Assembly (NCBI GenBank): GCA_018435125.1 | Contig: JAHDNZ010000029.1 | Coordinates: 3,735 to 67,734, forward strand | Reading direction: 5' to 3' | DNA length: 64,000 nt | Origin: Bacillota bacterium | GTDB taxonomy: Bacteria > Bacillota > DTU065 | In this document: positions 32,917 to 42,473 of the stretch, piece by piece | Layout of the letters: each line of letters begins with the position of its first letter | Position numbering within the stretch: position 1 is the stretch's first letter | Translations under genes and position numbers: made by a program | Notes under the pieces: model-generated | Told to the model about the DNA's origin: nothing | Seen by the model: the letters and a program-made list of their open reading frames with translations, nothing else | The model's database searches: none

Positions 32917-33633
32917 TTAAATATGCCAAAACTCTTTGAGGAGAAACACTAAAGCCATCACAACAATACCAAGAATTGAACCGGCGATAACCTCGGTGAG
33001 GTTATGAATTTTTCCTTGAACTCGGCTTTGAGCCACCAAAAAGGCCAGAAAAAAGCCCAAAAAAGAGATTAGAAGGCTACCGGAATAGAAATAAATGGCA
33101 GTTGCCAAACCAAAAGCAAGAGCTGAATGACCAGATGGCAAGCCCCCTAAAAGGGGGCTTTTGGCCTTGGTAACTCCCTTAAAAAAGAGCACCCCAAAAA
33201 AACTAAGCCCTAAGCCAAGGACAATTAAATCCGCAGGCTGAACAATAAATGCTTCTCGAAAGGGAAGAGATATTTGTATTACTCTTCTCCCAAATAATAA
33301 CCAGCCCACAATAACTGCATTTAACGCTGCCACAAAAACTGCTCCGGCACCGATATCTTTTGCAAGACGGGCCAGAGGATGATACTCGTTGGTAACTAAA
33401 TCTATTGTCTTTTCAATAGCGGTATTAACCAGTTCCAAAGTTAAAACTATAGTAATTGTAACACTTAAAATCATTAGTTCAACCAGGCTTAAATCAAATA
33501 CGAACCCCAAAATCATGGCCAGAACTCCGGCTACAAGGTGAATCTTCATATTTCTTTCGATTTTAACCGCCCTGATTAGGCCGCTAATAGCATTGTTAAA
33601 GCTTTCAAAAAGCGTCTGTTTCCTGCGATCCAC
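32917..33633 (-). CDS. dgkA: fusion protein: DgkA-family prokaryotic lipid kinase N-domain plus PAP2-family lipid phosphatase C-domain
   Basis: N-terminal 120 aa resemble DgkA/undecaprenol kinase. C-terminal half carries PAP2 motifs (PSGHS and SRVQGKIHNLTEVIAG). Confidence 0.65.
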   Translation of the reverse strand: MDRRKQTLFESFNNAISGLIRAVKIERNMKIHLVAGVLAMILGFVFDLSLVELMILSVTITIVLTLELVNTAIEKTIDLVTNEYHPLARLAKDIGAGAVFVAALNAVIVGWLLFGRRVIQISLPFREAFIVQPADLIVLGLGLSFFGVLFFKGVTKAKSPLLGGLPSGHSALAFGLATAIYFYSGSLLISFLGFFLAFLVAQSRVQGKIHNLTEVIAGSILGIVVMALVFLLKEFWHI

Positions 33634-33667
33634 CTTTTCTCACCAGCCTTAGAAAATCTCTTTGGAC

Positions 33668-34120
33668 CTACTCTCTTAAAAGACCAACCTGACTCATGAT
33701 CTGTTCTTCTTTGGCACGCATCTCTTTTTGCTCTTCACTATTTTGATGATCATAGCCTAATAGATGTAAAAGACCATGTACTGCCAGATAACAGATCTCT
33801 CTCTCCAAAGAATGTCCATATTCCAGCCGTTGTTGCTCTGCTCTTTCTACCGAGATATAGATATCACCGAGCTCGTTTTGTTCCCAAGGAAAAAGAGTTT
33901 GAGCATCATTTAGCGCAAAGGAAATAACATCAGTTACCTGATCTATATTGCGGTACTCATAGTTTATCTTTTTAATCACCTGGTTATCTACCAGAATAAT
34001 GCTTAGCTCACATTCGTCTAAACCATGAATTTTTGATGCTTGTGTGAAAGTTGATTTTAGTTTTCCCACCAGATCCAAAATGGGTATTTTAGTCTGCTGG
34101 TTTTCAATGTAAAGCTTCAT
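33668..34120 (-). CDS. ybeY: rRNA maturation endoribonuclease YbeY
   Basis: Metal-binding motif HGLLHLLGYDH. Start taken at MKLYIEN. Confidence 0.9.
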   Translation of the reverse strand: MKLYIENQQTKIPILDLVGKLKSTFTQASKIHGLDECELSIILVDNQVIKKINYEYRNIDQVTDVISFALNDAQTLFPWEQNELGDIYISVERAEQQRLEYGHSLEREICYLAVHGLLHLLGYDHQNSEEQKEMRAKEEQIMSQVGLLRE

Positions 34121-34127
34121 AGTTATT

Positions 34128-36275
34128 TTACATCCTTTGTCCCGGGTATTTAATGCGGGTGTGATGTATGCCAGCAGCAACCTGACTGATTTTTTCGGTT
34201 ATAAGATCTATTTCTTTTAATGTTAAGGTGCTCTCTGAAAGCTGGCTGCTATTAATTTTTTCTTTGACAATATTTTTAATCATACTTTTAACGCGATCGT
34301 AAGTGGGATTGGTCATCGATCTTACGGCAGCTTCAGAAGAATCAGCGAGCATTAAAATAGCTGTTTCTTTGGACTGCGGTTTAGGTCCCGGATAACTAAA
34401 ATCGTCTGGAAGTACCGGGTTTTGATCTCTTTCTTTGGCTTTTTCATAGAAATACTGCACCATTGATGTCCCGTGGTGCTCAGCTATAAAATCTACGATT
34501 ACGGTGGGTAGTTTGTATTCTTTGGCCATCTCAAGGCCTTCTTTGACATGATTTAGAATAACCATCCGCGATAGGTTGGGGGTCATTTTATCGTGGGGAT
34601 TTTCTCCTCCACGCTGATTTTCGACAAAAAAGTAGGGACGGGCGAGCTTGCCGACATCATGATATAAAGCTCCCACTCTAGTAAGCAGAGGATCGGCTCC
34701 AACAGCCTCAGCGGCAGCTTCAGCTAGATTTCCGACAACAATAGAATGGTGATAAGTGCCGGGAGCCTCTAGCGATAGCCTCCTTAAAAGGGCATTGTTG
34801 GGGTTGGATAGCTCTAACAGCCGCATTGGCGAGGTAACACTAAAAATAATCTCCAGGTAAGGCAGTACACCTATAGCTAAGATCGCTGAGGCGATACCGT
34901 TTACAAAGCCGGTAAAACTCATGATAATTAAACTGCTATTTTCTAATACCAAACCTAAGACCGCCATGGTTACAGCGTTAGCTAAACCTACCAGCAAACC
35001 TGATTGCATTAATTTACTCCTTTGGGTCGCCTCAAGGACACAGTAAACACCTACTATCGAACCTAGTAAACTCATTATAGCCGGTGCGAAGGCAAAATCA
35101 GCATAAAAAGCAACCATAAAAGTATATCCTACTGCTGAAAACACTCCCAGTAAAGGATTGATAAGTACAGCAACTAACATGGTTGCAGCTGAAGACGGAA
35201 AAAAGTAAAGTGCATACGGCCACTCGATTAGCGAGAGGAGTTTCCCTAAAACAGCCATTATTATAGCTATGGTACTAAAAAGAAAAAGGTATTTGTTTTC
35301 TAAGTGCTCATAAAAGCAATAGATGTAATAATAAATAATACTCACTATCATTATTGTAAAGGCCACTATACCAATGGCTTTTTGCCAATTCCAGCTCTTT
35401 TTTAAAAGATTTAGTTCTTCAAAAATTAGCATGTCTTTATCTGTGAGCACATCACCTTCGCGGATAATAACCTGGCCTTTTTTGATCTTGGGGGCCTCAA
35501 GTCTGGCCGCCTCTACGGCCTGATCAATGATCTGTCGGACCTTAGCACTATCTAGAAGCAGATTGGGTCTAATAACTGTTTGGGTTACTTCTAAGGCCGC
35601 TGTTAAAACCTCAAACTCAGCTTCGGTATCGGAACTTAAAAAAAGCTGTGCCACACTCTCTTGAGCATCAGGAAGTGTTGCTAGCGAAACTGCCTGATTC
35701 ATAACTGTATTGATTGTATTTAGACCCATGGTTTTTAACAGTTCAAGTGTCTGCTCGGACTGTTGCATCAAAGTCCTCAATGTAGCGGCTGAGATATCAA
35801 GTTTAGTCTCTTCACGGATTACATTTTGTAACTTACCTATATCTTTAGCCCGGGCTGTCTCTTCAGTTCGATATTCCATTATGCGACGAAAGATCTCCTG
35901 GAAATCTTCTTCTGCTGAATAGAGATAGGTCTTTTCAATCCGATAGTTTTGTGGATTCTCGCTGGCTTCTTTGGCCACTTTACGTTCTACTTCTCTTTGA
36001 ATATCTTCCCATTTGGTATAATCTATGATCTCACGTGGTGCCACAATATCTCTTTTCACTACATCTCCGCTTTTAAGATCCAATCTCTCTCCGTAAAGAG
36101 AACTCAGAAAAAGTAGTGCCAAGAGTATAGTTGTGCCAATTCCAAGCAGCCTTCTTTGGGTTTCTTTTTTAATTAAATATTGGCCAAGCTTGAGAAAGTA
36201 AGCTTTTAACTCCTGATTCATTTTAATTTCAAACGCAGGAAACCTGAGTTTTTTGCCACTAGGGTTAGTCTTCAT
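34128..36275 (-). CDS. pgpH: 7TM-HD c-di-AMP phosphodiesterase PgpH (YqfF-like)
   Basis: 7TM receptor region plus an HD domain (GALYHDVGK). Confidence 0.85.
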   Translation of the reverse strand: MKTNPSGKKLRFPAFEIKMNQELKAYFLKLGQYLIKKETQRRLLGIGTTILLALLFLSSLYGERLDLKSGDVVKRDIVAPREIIDYTKWEDIQREVERKVAKEASENPQNYRIEKTYLYSAEEDFQEIFRRIMEYRTEETARAKDIGKLQNVIREETKLDISAATLRTLMQQSEQTLELLKTMGLNTINTVMNQAVSLATLPDAQESVAQLFLSSDTEAEFEVLTAALEVTQTVIRPNLLLDSAKVRQIIDQAVEAARLEAPKIKKGQVIIREGDVLTDKDMLIFEELNLLKKSWNWQKAIGIVAFTIMIVSIIYYYIYCFYEHLENKYLFLFSTIAIIMAVLGKLLSLIEWPYALYFFPSSAATMLVAVLINPLLGVFSAVGYTFMVAFYADFAFAPAIMSLLGSIVGVYCVLEATQRSKLMQSGLLVGLANAVTMAVLGLVLENSSLIIMSFTGFVNGIASAILAIGVLPYLEIIFSVTSPMRLLELSNPNNALLRRLSLEAPGTYHHSIVVGNLAEAAAEAVGADPLLTRVGALYHDVGKLARPYFFVENQRGGENPHDKMTPNLSRMVILNHVKEGLEMAKEYKLPTVIVDFIAEHHGTSMVQYFYEKAKERDQNPVLPDDFSYPGPKPQSKETAILMLADSSEAAVRSMTNPTYDRVKSMIKNIVKEKINSSQLSESTLTLKEIDLITEKISQVAAGIHHTRIKYPGQRM

Positions 36276-36297
36276 AAAAACACCCCTCCTCCCTCAG

Positions 36298-37269
36298 TTA
36301 TTCACTGCTGTCTGTTCTATGGCCGTTATTACTTTCATATTTTTCATAAGCTAAGATAATCTTTTGCACTAGTGGGTTGCGGACAACATCTTTTTCCGAA
36401 AGGTATACAAACTCGATGTTTTCAATATTATTTAGGATATTGCTAACATAGATAAGCCCAGAAGACTTGTCCGGCGGTAAATCAACCTGGGTAATATCGC
36501 CGGTAATAACCATTTTAGAATTAAAGCCCAATCTAGTAATAAACATTTTCATCTGCTCTCTGGTGGTATTTTGCGCTTCATCTAAAATCACAAAAGCATC
36601 ATCTAAGGTTCTACCACGCATATATGCCAGAGGTGCAACTTCAATTGTCCCTTTTTCCATATAACGCTTAAAGATGTCAAATCCAAGTAAATCATAAAGG
36701 GCATCGTAAAGAGGCCTCAGATAAGGATCGACTTTTTCCTGTAAATCACCCGGCAAAAAGCCCAGGTTTTCGCCTGCCTCTACCGCAGGTCTACACAGAA
36801 TCAGGCGATTTACTTTTTTTTGCTTCAGTGCTGCTACCGCCATAGCCATAGCTAAGTAGGTCTTTCCAGTACCAGCTGGCCCGATAGCAAAAACAATATC
36901 ATTTTCCCTTATCGCTTGAATATATTTTGATTGTCCCAGGGTTTTAGGGCGAATAGGCTTACCACGGGTGTTTATCAGCACCGCCTCAAACTCTAACAGG
37001 CCATCTTTATTTTCAGCTAAAGCGCTTATTATATCTAGTGGGTTTAATTCGCCTTGCCTTTGAATTTTATTTAAAAGAGCTTCTATGGTCTGAAGCATCG
37101 TCTCAATACTATCAGCTTCACCTATAAGATGAATTTCGCTGCCACGGGCCAGCATCTTACCGGGAAAGCTTTGCTCTAGAAGACTCCAGTTAGCATCAGC
37201 AGGCCCCATCAGAGTCTTTAACAGTGTGAGATCACTAATTGTAATCACCCTATGAACCTGTTCAGACAA
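36298..37269 (-). CDS. phoH: PhoH family ATPase
   Basis: Walker A motif GPAGTGKT. Confidence 0.9.
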   Translation of the reverse strand: MSEQVHRVITISDLTLLKTLMGPADANWSLLEQSFPGKMLARGSEIHLIGEADSIETMLQTIEALLNKIQRQGELNPLDIISALAENKDGLLEFEAVLINTRGKPIRPKTLGQSKYIQAIRENDIVFAIGPAGTGKTYLAMAMAVAALKQKKVNRLILCRPAVEAGENLGFLPGDLQEKVDPYLRPLYDALYDLLGFDIFKRYMEKGTIEVAPLAYMRGRTLDDAFVILDEAQNTTREQMKMFITRLGFNSKMVITGDITQVDLPPDKSSGLIYVSNILNNIENIEFVYLSEKDVVRNPLVQKIILAYEKYESNNGHRTDSSE

Positions 37270-37272
37270 TAC

Positions 37273-38340
37273 CTATTCACCTAACCTTTCTTTGGCGAGA
37301 TCTGTCTCTATCTTAGCCAGCAGAGATACCCCTACTTGACTTGGAGTTACTATGCTCTCACTTTTTTTTTCTAAAATAAAGCTATCACCATAAAGTTGGG
37401 AGAGCTTTGTTTCCGCCAAGTTCAAAGCCATTTGCAAAGCTTCTTCCTGGGTTCTTGTTAAAGTAAACTCCTTTAGTTCATCATACATGATTAAAGTTAT
37501 TTCGACAAACTGCCTCCTGTTCCCTGCCCAGCCAAATTTCTGCTCTTTCACATGCCACTTTCTTTCACCTACGGGTTTAAAACCAAAGCGCCACTCTTTT
37601 AAGCCAATTTTAACCAGTAATTCTTTATGCTTTTTACCGGTTGGTTCTAAAACACTTTCTTGTAAGGAAACTTCTTGTTCTATCTTGACTACTGTTTCTC
37701 CAATTACCTTTCCAGCAGCCAAAGGCTCTCCCTGAATTAAGAGTTGCCCTTTATACACTACATCGCCGGCATTAACTTGAGCCTGACCCAAATAAACATT
37801 TACATAGCGAACAATGCCACCTAATTTAGCCCTAACCGCTTCTTGAGGAATATTTAGTTGTTCCTTAGGTTTAACAATTATATCGATATTAAGCCTTACA
37901 CCTTCTTTTTTAAAATCAATCATACTAATTTCCGGAAAGGCCTGTTTTAGCTGTATTGATAACGGAAGAAAGTTACCCACTCGCTCTCCCGGTCCGACAT
38001 TGTTTTCCAGTAAATAATTATGCACTTTGTCCATTAAAACTTCATCATTACTTTTATAAACAAAGGTCCAGACCCGATTAGCCCAAAAAAAAGTAAGAAT
38101 GACACTAGTTAGAAACAGGGTGAGAAAAAAATATTTAAGAGGTCTGTAGGTTTGCATCAAGAGCGTAAATTCCAGCCCTTCTTTTGCAGCTAGGTCTTTT
38201 AACCTTTTAAGATCTTTGTACAAACATTTGCCGTAAAGAGCTTCACCATTACGGCTTAATTCAAAAAGCTGAATGTATTTTGCTTTAGAAAGAAACTTTT
38301 CTATGTTAGTTCCCGAAACCATAAAAACAGCTCTAGACAT
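37273..38340 (-). CDS. yqfD: sporulation protein YqfD
   Basis: YqfD-family N-terminal pattern. Sits in the conserved yqfC-yqfD-phoH neighbourhood. Confidence 0.75.
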   Translation of the reverse strand: MSRAVFMVSGTNIEKFLSKAKYIQLFELSRNGEALYGKCLYKDLKRLKDLAAKEGLEFTLLMQTYRPLKYFFLTLFLTSVILTFFWANRVWTFVYKSNDEVLMDKVHNYLLENNVGPGERVGNFLPLSIQLKQAFPEISMIDFKKEGVRLNIDIIVKPKEQLNIPQEAVRAKLGGIVRYVNVYLGQAQVNAGDVVYKGQLLIQGEPLAAGKVIGETVVKIEQEVSLQESVLEPTGKKHKELLVKIGLKEWRFGFKPVGERKWHVKEQKFGWAGNRRQFVEITLIMYDELKEFTLTRTQEEALQMALNLAETKLSQLYGDSFILEKKSESIVTPSQVGVSLLAKIETDLAKERLGE

Positions 38341-38608
38341 GGCCTATCACCTCAAATTGCTTAAGTTCTCCATAGACCTCTAAAGAATCAGGTAGCAGAA
38401 CATTTAACCGCAAATTAGCCCCAGTTAAAATAAGTTTCCCACTTTTTAGCTCTACAACAATACGCTCTTTTTCATATATTAAAAGCCGGTAAGGGTTATA
38501 GATTACTATACGTTTTTGCAGTGGATAATAAGCCACTTTCGGCTCTTTGCCAATTAGCTCAGATGGTAACTCCAGCTTTCTTACCATATTTTGCCAAATA
38601 GTTTGCAA
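38333..38608 (-). CDS. yqfC: sporulation protein YqfC
   Basis: 91 aa YqfC-like protein. TTG start with a GGGGGGA RBS. Confidence 0.7.
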   Translation of the reverse strand: MQTIWQNMVRKLELPSELIGKEPKVAYYPLQKRIVIYNPYRLLIYEKERIVVELKSGKLILTGANLRLNVLLPDSLEVYGELKQFEVIGHV

Positions 38609-38998
38609 GCTAATCCCCCCCTAGATTTTAATCTATTCTTTTGGTTTTAAGCTTAGAAGAAATACCCCACTCCCCCTTACTTATTACTACTAAAAGATAT
38701 GCAGCTTCTTGTGGTAAAGAAGTAGCACTTATTAGTAAACCTGTAAACAAGCTTTATTATCTTTTAGCATACTAAGAATTTATTAGCTTAGATCCCAAAG
38801 CAAACAGCTTATTATCATAAAAGTAAGTGTTCTTATAATACAGACCTGAGCCCAACCATCATTTAGGTTATTTTGATCTACACAAAACTTGAAACACGCT
38901 CATAAATTGGATACAAATTGTAGCCTAAGATGGGTGTGTGTATCATATCTGTTATCTAGTACAGAAATTAGATGCAGCTATCTTTCAGCAATGTCTGC

Positions 38999-39060
38999 AA
39001 AAAAAATCGGTTTCCGGCAGCTTTTCTTGCTGTTGGAAACCGATTAAATTTTGAACTTTT
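38999..39060. terminator. bidirectional intrinsic terminator-like hairpin
   Basis: A8, then AATCGGTTTCC...GGAAACCGATT (11-bp perfect stem with an inner GGCAGC/GCTGTT stem), then a T-rich tail. Confidence 0.6.
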
Positions 39061-39379
39061 TGTGACTCACCATCGAGCTCTAAAGCTGCATGGCCCATTT
39101 CATAAGCTAAACCAATCGCAGGTGACCGCTTCTTCTCATCTATAAATACCACTAGTAGGATCCCATTTAAGTATCATGTACTCGGCTTAATAGTTATATT
39201 TGTAGTGATTTTCTGTCACTCAGACGGAATAAAACTGATAACTAAGCTATTATTCTTTACAAAAATCAGATAAACAAAACCACTAGTATACCCCGCAATC
39301 CATTGGCAAAAAACTTATTTTTAGTAAAATTATATATCGTTACTTACCTATATATTTCAACCCCATATAATAAGCCAGA

Positions 39380-40288
39380 TTACATCAGTTCCACAGCTTT
39401 TCTCTCGCACTCTTTAGCTTCCATTAAAAGTTCTGCAATGACCTTTCTGTTTTTTTCTGCCGCTAAATCGGTGGATTTTTTTATTTCAAAGGCTTTATTC
39501 CAGTTTTCATATACGGTATTATATAGTTTTGCAAGTTCGGATAGGTTGTTCTTTTCAAAGAATTTCCTTGCATACCATTTCAGTGCGGCATAAGTACCAA
39601 GATAATATTCCATATTCCAGCAAGTGGCGTATCGGGTGTCATCCATTTCAAAAAAATGTGTTAGCACAGGATACACATCGAGACCTTTTATATTTTCACA
39701 CCATTCTTCGCCGTTTAAATGCGCTTTGGCCAGCTTTAATGTGTCTGCGATAATATCCTCATTCTTTTTAGCGTTTTTGTCTGTCAGGGTTATTACATTC
39801 AACATAGGCATTTCCCGTTTTCCCAAAAGTGCATAATCCATCTCCTCTGCAGCGCCTGTTATTGAGAGTGTGGAAAATTTCTGCGTCTTATCGTCATAAC
39901 CTGTAAGAAGTCCCCATTCCAAAACCCCGATGTCCCATGCTATAACAGGAATACCGTTGTCAATGCTCTGTGTAATTTTGGGCATAACATCAAGCCGTGC
40001 CTGTTCCATCACATTATCCGGTTGCCAGTAGCAACCGGCATATGTTGTTTCCAACCCGCCGTTTGCAATCCAGGTCGGTTGCCTGTCAAATTGCCATATA
40101 CTCATAGCGCTCGGGCAAAGCTCTGGGTTTACCCACATGCGGAATGCAAAGCCGCTGGTGGCGATAATGTCCTCTGAAAGCTCGCTCCAGGGACTGTTTT
40201 TAACTGCCGCTGACAGTGACTTTGCAAAAGAGAACAGATAGCCGGTTGAATCATAAACGCCATCCCAGGTAATGTTTAATTTATTCAC
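39380..40288 (-). CDS. hypothetical protein, 302 aa, Trp-rich (last gene of the island operon)
   Basis: Real coding density. 12 nt downstream of the helicase stop. No catalytic motif recognised. Possible weak resemblance to BtrH-N/DUF4872-type papain-like folds, but no Cys at the expected position. Confidence 0.6.
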   Translation of the reverse strand: MNKLNITWDGVYDSTGYLFSFAKSLSAAVKNSPWSELSEDIIATSGFAFRMWVNPELCPSAMSIWQFDRQPTWIANGGLETTYAGCYWQPDNVMEQARLDVMPKITQSIDNGIPVIAWDIGVLEWGLLTGYDDKTQKFSTLSITGAAEEMDYALLGKREMPMLNVITLTDKNAKKNEDIIADTLKLAKAHLNGEEWCENIKGLDVYPVLTHFFEMDDTRYATCWNMEYYLGTYAALKWYARKFFEKNNLSELAKLYNTVYENWNKAFEIKKSTDLAAEKNRKVIAELLMEAKECERKAVELM

Positions 40289-40300
40289 TTTGTTCCCTCC

Positions 40301-42469
40301 CTAAAAAATATGACTTAGCCCATTGTAATTGAAGTTAATAGGTTTTACTCCGTTTACAAAACGGATATAATACGTCTTCGTTTTTTCATCAACCGATTCT
40401 ATAACACCCTCGCCGAAAACCTTATGCCGGATTTGGTCGCTCACTTTATAAACCACATCGGTTTTTTTGTTGAATTTTTCAACTTGCAACGTCGCTTCTA
40501 TTTTGATTTCATCAGGCAAATGTCCTATCATCTTCAGCAAGTTCTTGTCAATATCAAAGATAAAACGGGAGGGTACTTTTGAATATCCTTTTACACCAAA
40601 ACCTTCGCTTTCTGTTAGGTACAAGTTTTTCTTAGCCCTTGTTATACCCACAAAACAAAGCCTGCGTTCTTCCTCTAAAGCGTCATTTTTTCTTTCTTCA
40701 AGGCTTCGTGCGGAGGGGAAAATACCTTCTGTCAGTCCCACAAGAAAAACATGGTCAAATTCCAGTCCTTTGGCGGTATGTACCGTCATGATCTTAACAC
40801 AGTCACTTTTATCTTCCCTGTCGCTGTCACGCAAAAGTGTGATATTCTGCAAAAAAGCCGATAAAGATAAAGGCTCGCCATATTCGGTTTCCTGGGTGAC
40901 AATACTTCGCAGCAGTTCTGAGACATTATCAAGCCGCTCAATATCACCGCTTTCACGGATATACATTTCATAGTCTGTGTCCTTAATTACCTTTTGCAAA
41001 AGCTCCGAAACAGAAAGAGTATTTAACTGTTCCTTAAGTTTCTCAATAGCTCCTATGAATTCTTTTGCCTTGCATCCCTTAAACGATTCTAAGTGGTAAC
41101 ATTCTTTTAGTGCATTATAAAGTGAGATGCTGTTGTTCTTAGCATAATTTTTCACAATTTCCAGTTTCATCTTGCCGATTTTGCGTCTTGGGGTGTTAAT
41201 AATCCGCATAAAGGACAAATCGTCCTCGCTATTATCTACCAACCTCATATAGGAAAGCACATCTTTTATTTCGGCCCGCTCGTAAAACCCGATCCCGCCA
41301 TAGACCACATAGGGGATATTATTTATCAAAAAGCCTTGCTCCACAAAGCGGGAAACATAATTAGACCGATAAAGCACCGCAAAATCCGAATATCTGCCGC
41401 CAGTTTCTTTGTTTTTTATAATCTTGTCGCAGATATATTTGATTTCTTCTTTATCGTTTTTACCATGAAAATACTCTGCCGTCTGTCCGCCATCTTTCTG
41501 GGTGAACAAATTCTTTTTAACACGGTTATTGTTCTTGTCAATTAGAGAATTGGCAACATTTAAAATCGGGGAGGTGCTGCGATAATTTTCGTTCATTATC
41601 ATATCTTTGCAAGATGTGTTTAATTTGTTTTTAAAACATGGATCATCTAACCATTTATCAAAATCTACCAGCACACTCATATTTGTACCGCGCCACTCAT
41701 AGATATTTTGATCGGGGTCTCCCACAACAAAAAGATTCCTGTTGATTTCAGTCAGTCTTCGAATCAGTTTGAATTCCTTTGCGGTAATGTCCTGAAACTC
41801 GTCCACCATGATATAGTGAAGTCTTTTTTGCCATTTTGCCAAGATATCGGGAAATTTTCCGAACAAATAAATTGTAAAGTTAATCAGATCAAAAAAGTCC
41901 AGCCCAAAGTATTTACGCTGCTTTTTTACGTATCTGAAAATAATCTCCTCCGACTTTTTATCCGATGTTAAAGTATTGTAATCAAAGGACGGATCCGAAA
42001 GATATTCAACATATGTAATAAGATTTTTATAATAGCGGATTTGGTCTATCATAAATTTAAAGCTAGCAGTATCCATTTTGATGTTCATTTCATCATAGAC
42101 TTCTTCCAAAATATTTTTTTGGTCAATATTATCCAGAACAATGAAGTTTTCAGGGTAAAAAAGCTTTGAAATATCTTCGCGTAGCACGCGAGTGCAGAAA
42201 GCATGGAGTGTCGCCACAAAGGAGGTATCAAATTCTTCTCCCAGCATCGTTTTGATCCGCTTTTTCATCTCGTTTGCAGCCTTGTTTGTGAATGTGATAC
42301 AAAGTATATTAGAAGGTGAAATGCCAAGCTCATTAACCAGATAAGCATAACGATGGGTCAGAGCTTTGGTCTTGCCGACACCAGCTCCCGCTATAACCCT
42401 TACATAGCCTTCGGTCGAGGTAACTGCTTGTGCCTGCGCTTCATTTAGGCCATCTAAAATATCCTGCAT
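40301..42469 (-). CDS. UvrD/PcrA/Rep-family SF1 DNA helicase with C-terminal Tudor-like domain (YjcD-like)
   Basis: Motif I AGAGVGKT, motif II VDEFQD, motif VI VGITRAK. C-terminal HKVFGEGVIESV...YYIRFVNG resembles the PcrA/UvrD C-terminal RNAP-binding Tudor domain. Start taken at MQDILDGLNEAQ (ATG 42469). The 26-codon upstream extension in the ORF track overlaps the AraC gene. Confidence 0.85.
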   Translation of the reverse strand: MQDILDGLNEAQAQAVTSTEGYVRVIAGAGVGKTKALTHRYAYLVNELGISPSNILCITFTNKAANEMKKRIKTMLGEEFDTSFVATLHAFCTRVLREDISKLFYPENFIVLDNIDQKNILEEVYDEMNIKMDTASFKFMIDQIRYYKNLITYVEYLSDPSFDYNTLTSDKKSEEIIFRYVKKQRKYFGLDFFDLINFTIYLFGKFPDILAKWQKRLHYIMVDEFQDITAKEFKLIRRLTEINRNLFVVGDPDQNIYEWRGTNMSVLVDFDKWLDDPCFKNKLNTSCKDMIMNENYRSTSPILNVANSLIDKNNNRVKKNLFTQKDGGQTAEYFHGKNDKEEIKYICDKIIKNKETGGRYSDFAVLYRSNYVSRFVEQGFLINNIPYVVYGGIGFYERAEIKDVLSYMRLVDNSEDDLSFMRIINTPRRKIGKMKLEIVKNYAKNNSISLYNALKECYHLESFKGCKAKEFIGAIEKLKEQLNTLSVSELLQKVIKDTDYEMYIRESGDIERLDNVSELLRSIVTQETEYGEPLSLSAFLQNITLLRDSDREDKSDCVKIMTVHTAKGLEFDHVFLVGLTEGIFPSARSLEERKNDALEEERRLCFVGITRAKKNLYLTESEGFGVKGYSKVPSRFIFDIDKNLLKMIGHLPDEIKIEATLQVEKFNKKTDVVYKVSDQIRHKVFGEGVIESVDEKTKTYYIRFVNGVKPINFNYNGLSHIF

Positions 42470-42473
42470 ATCA

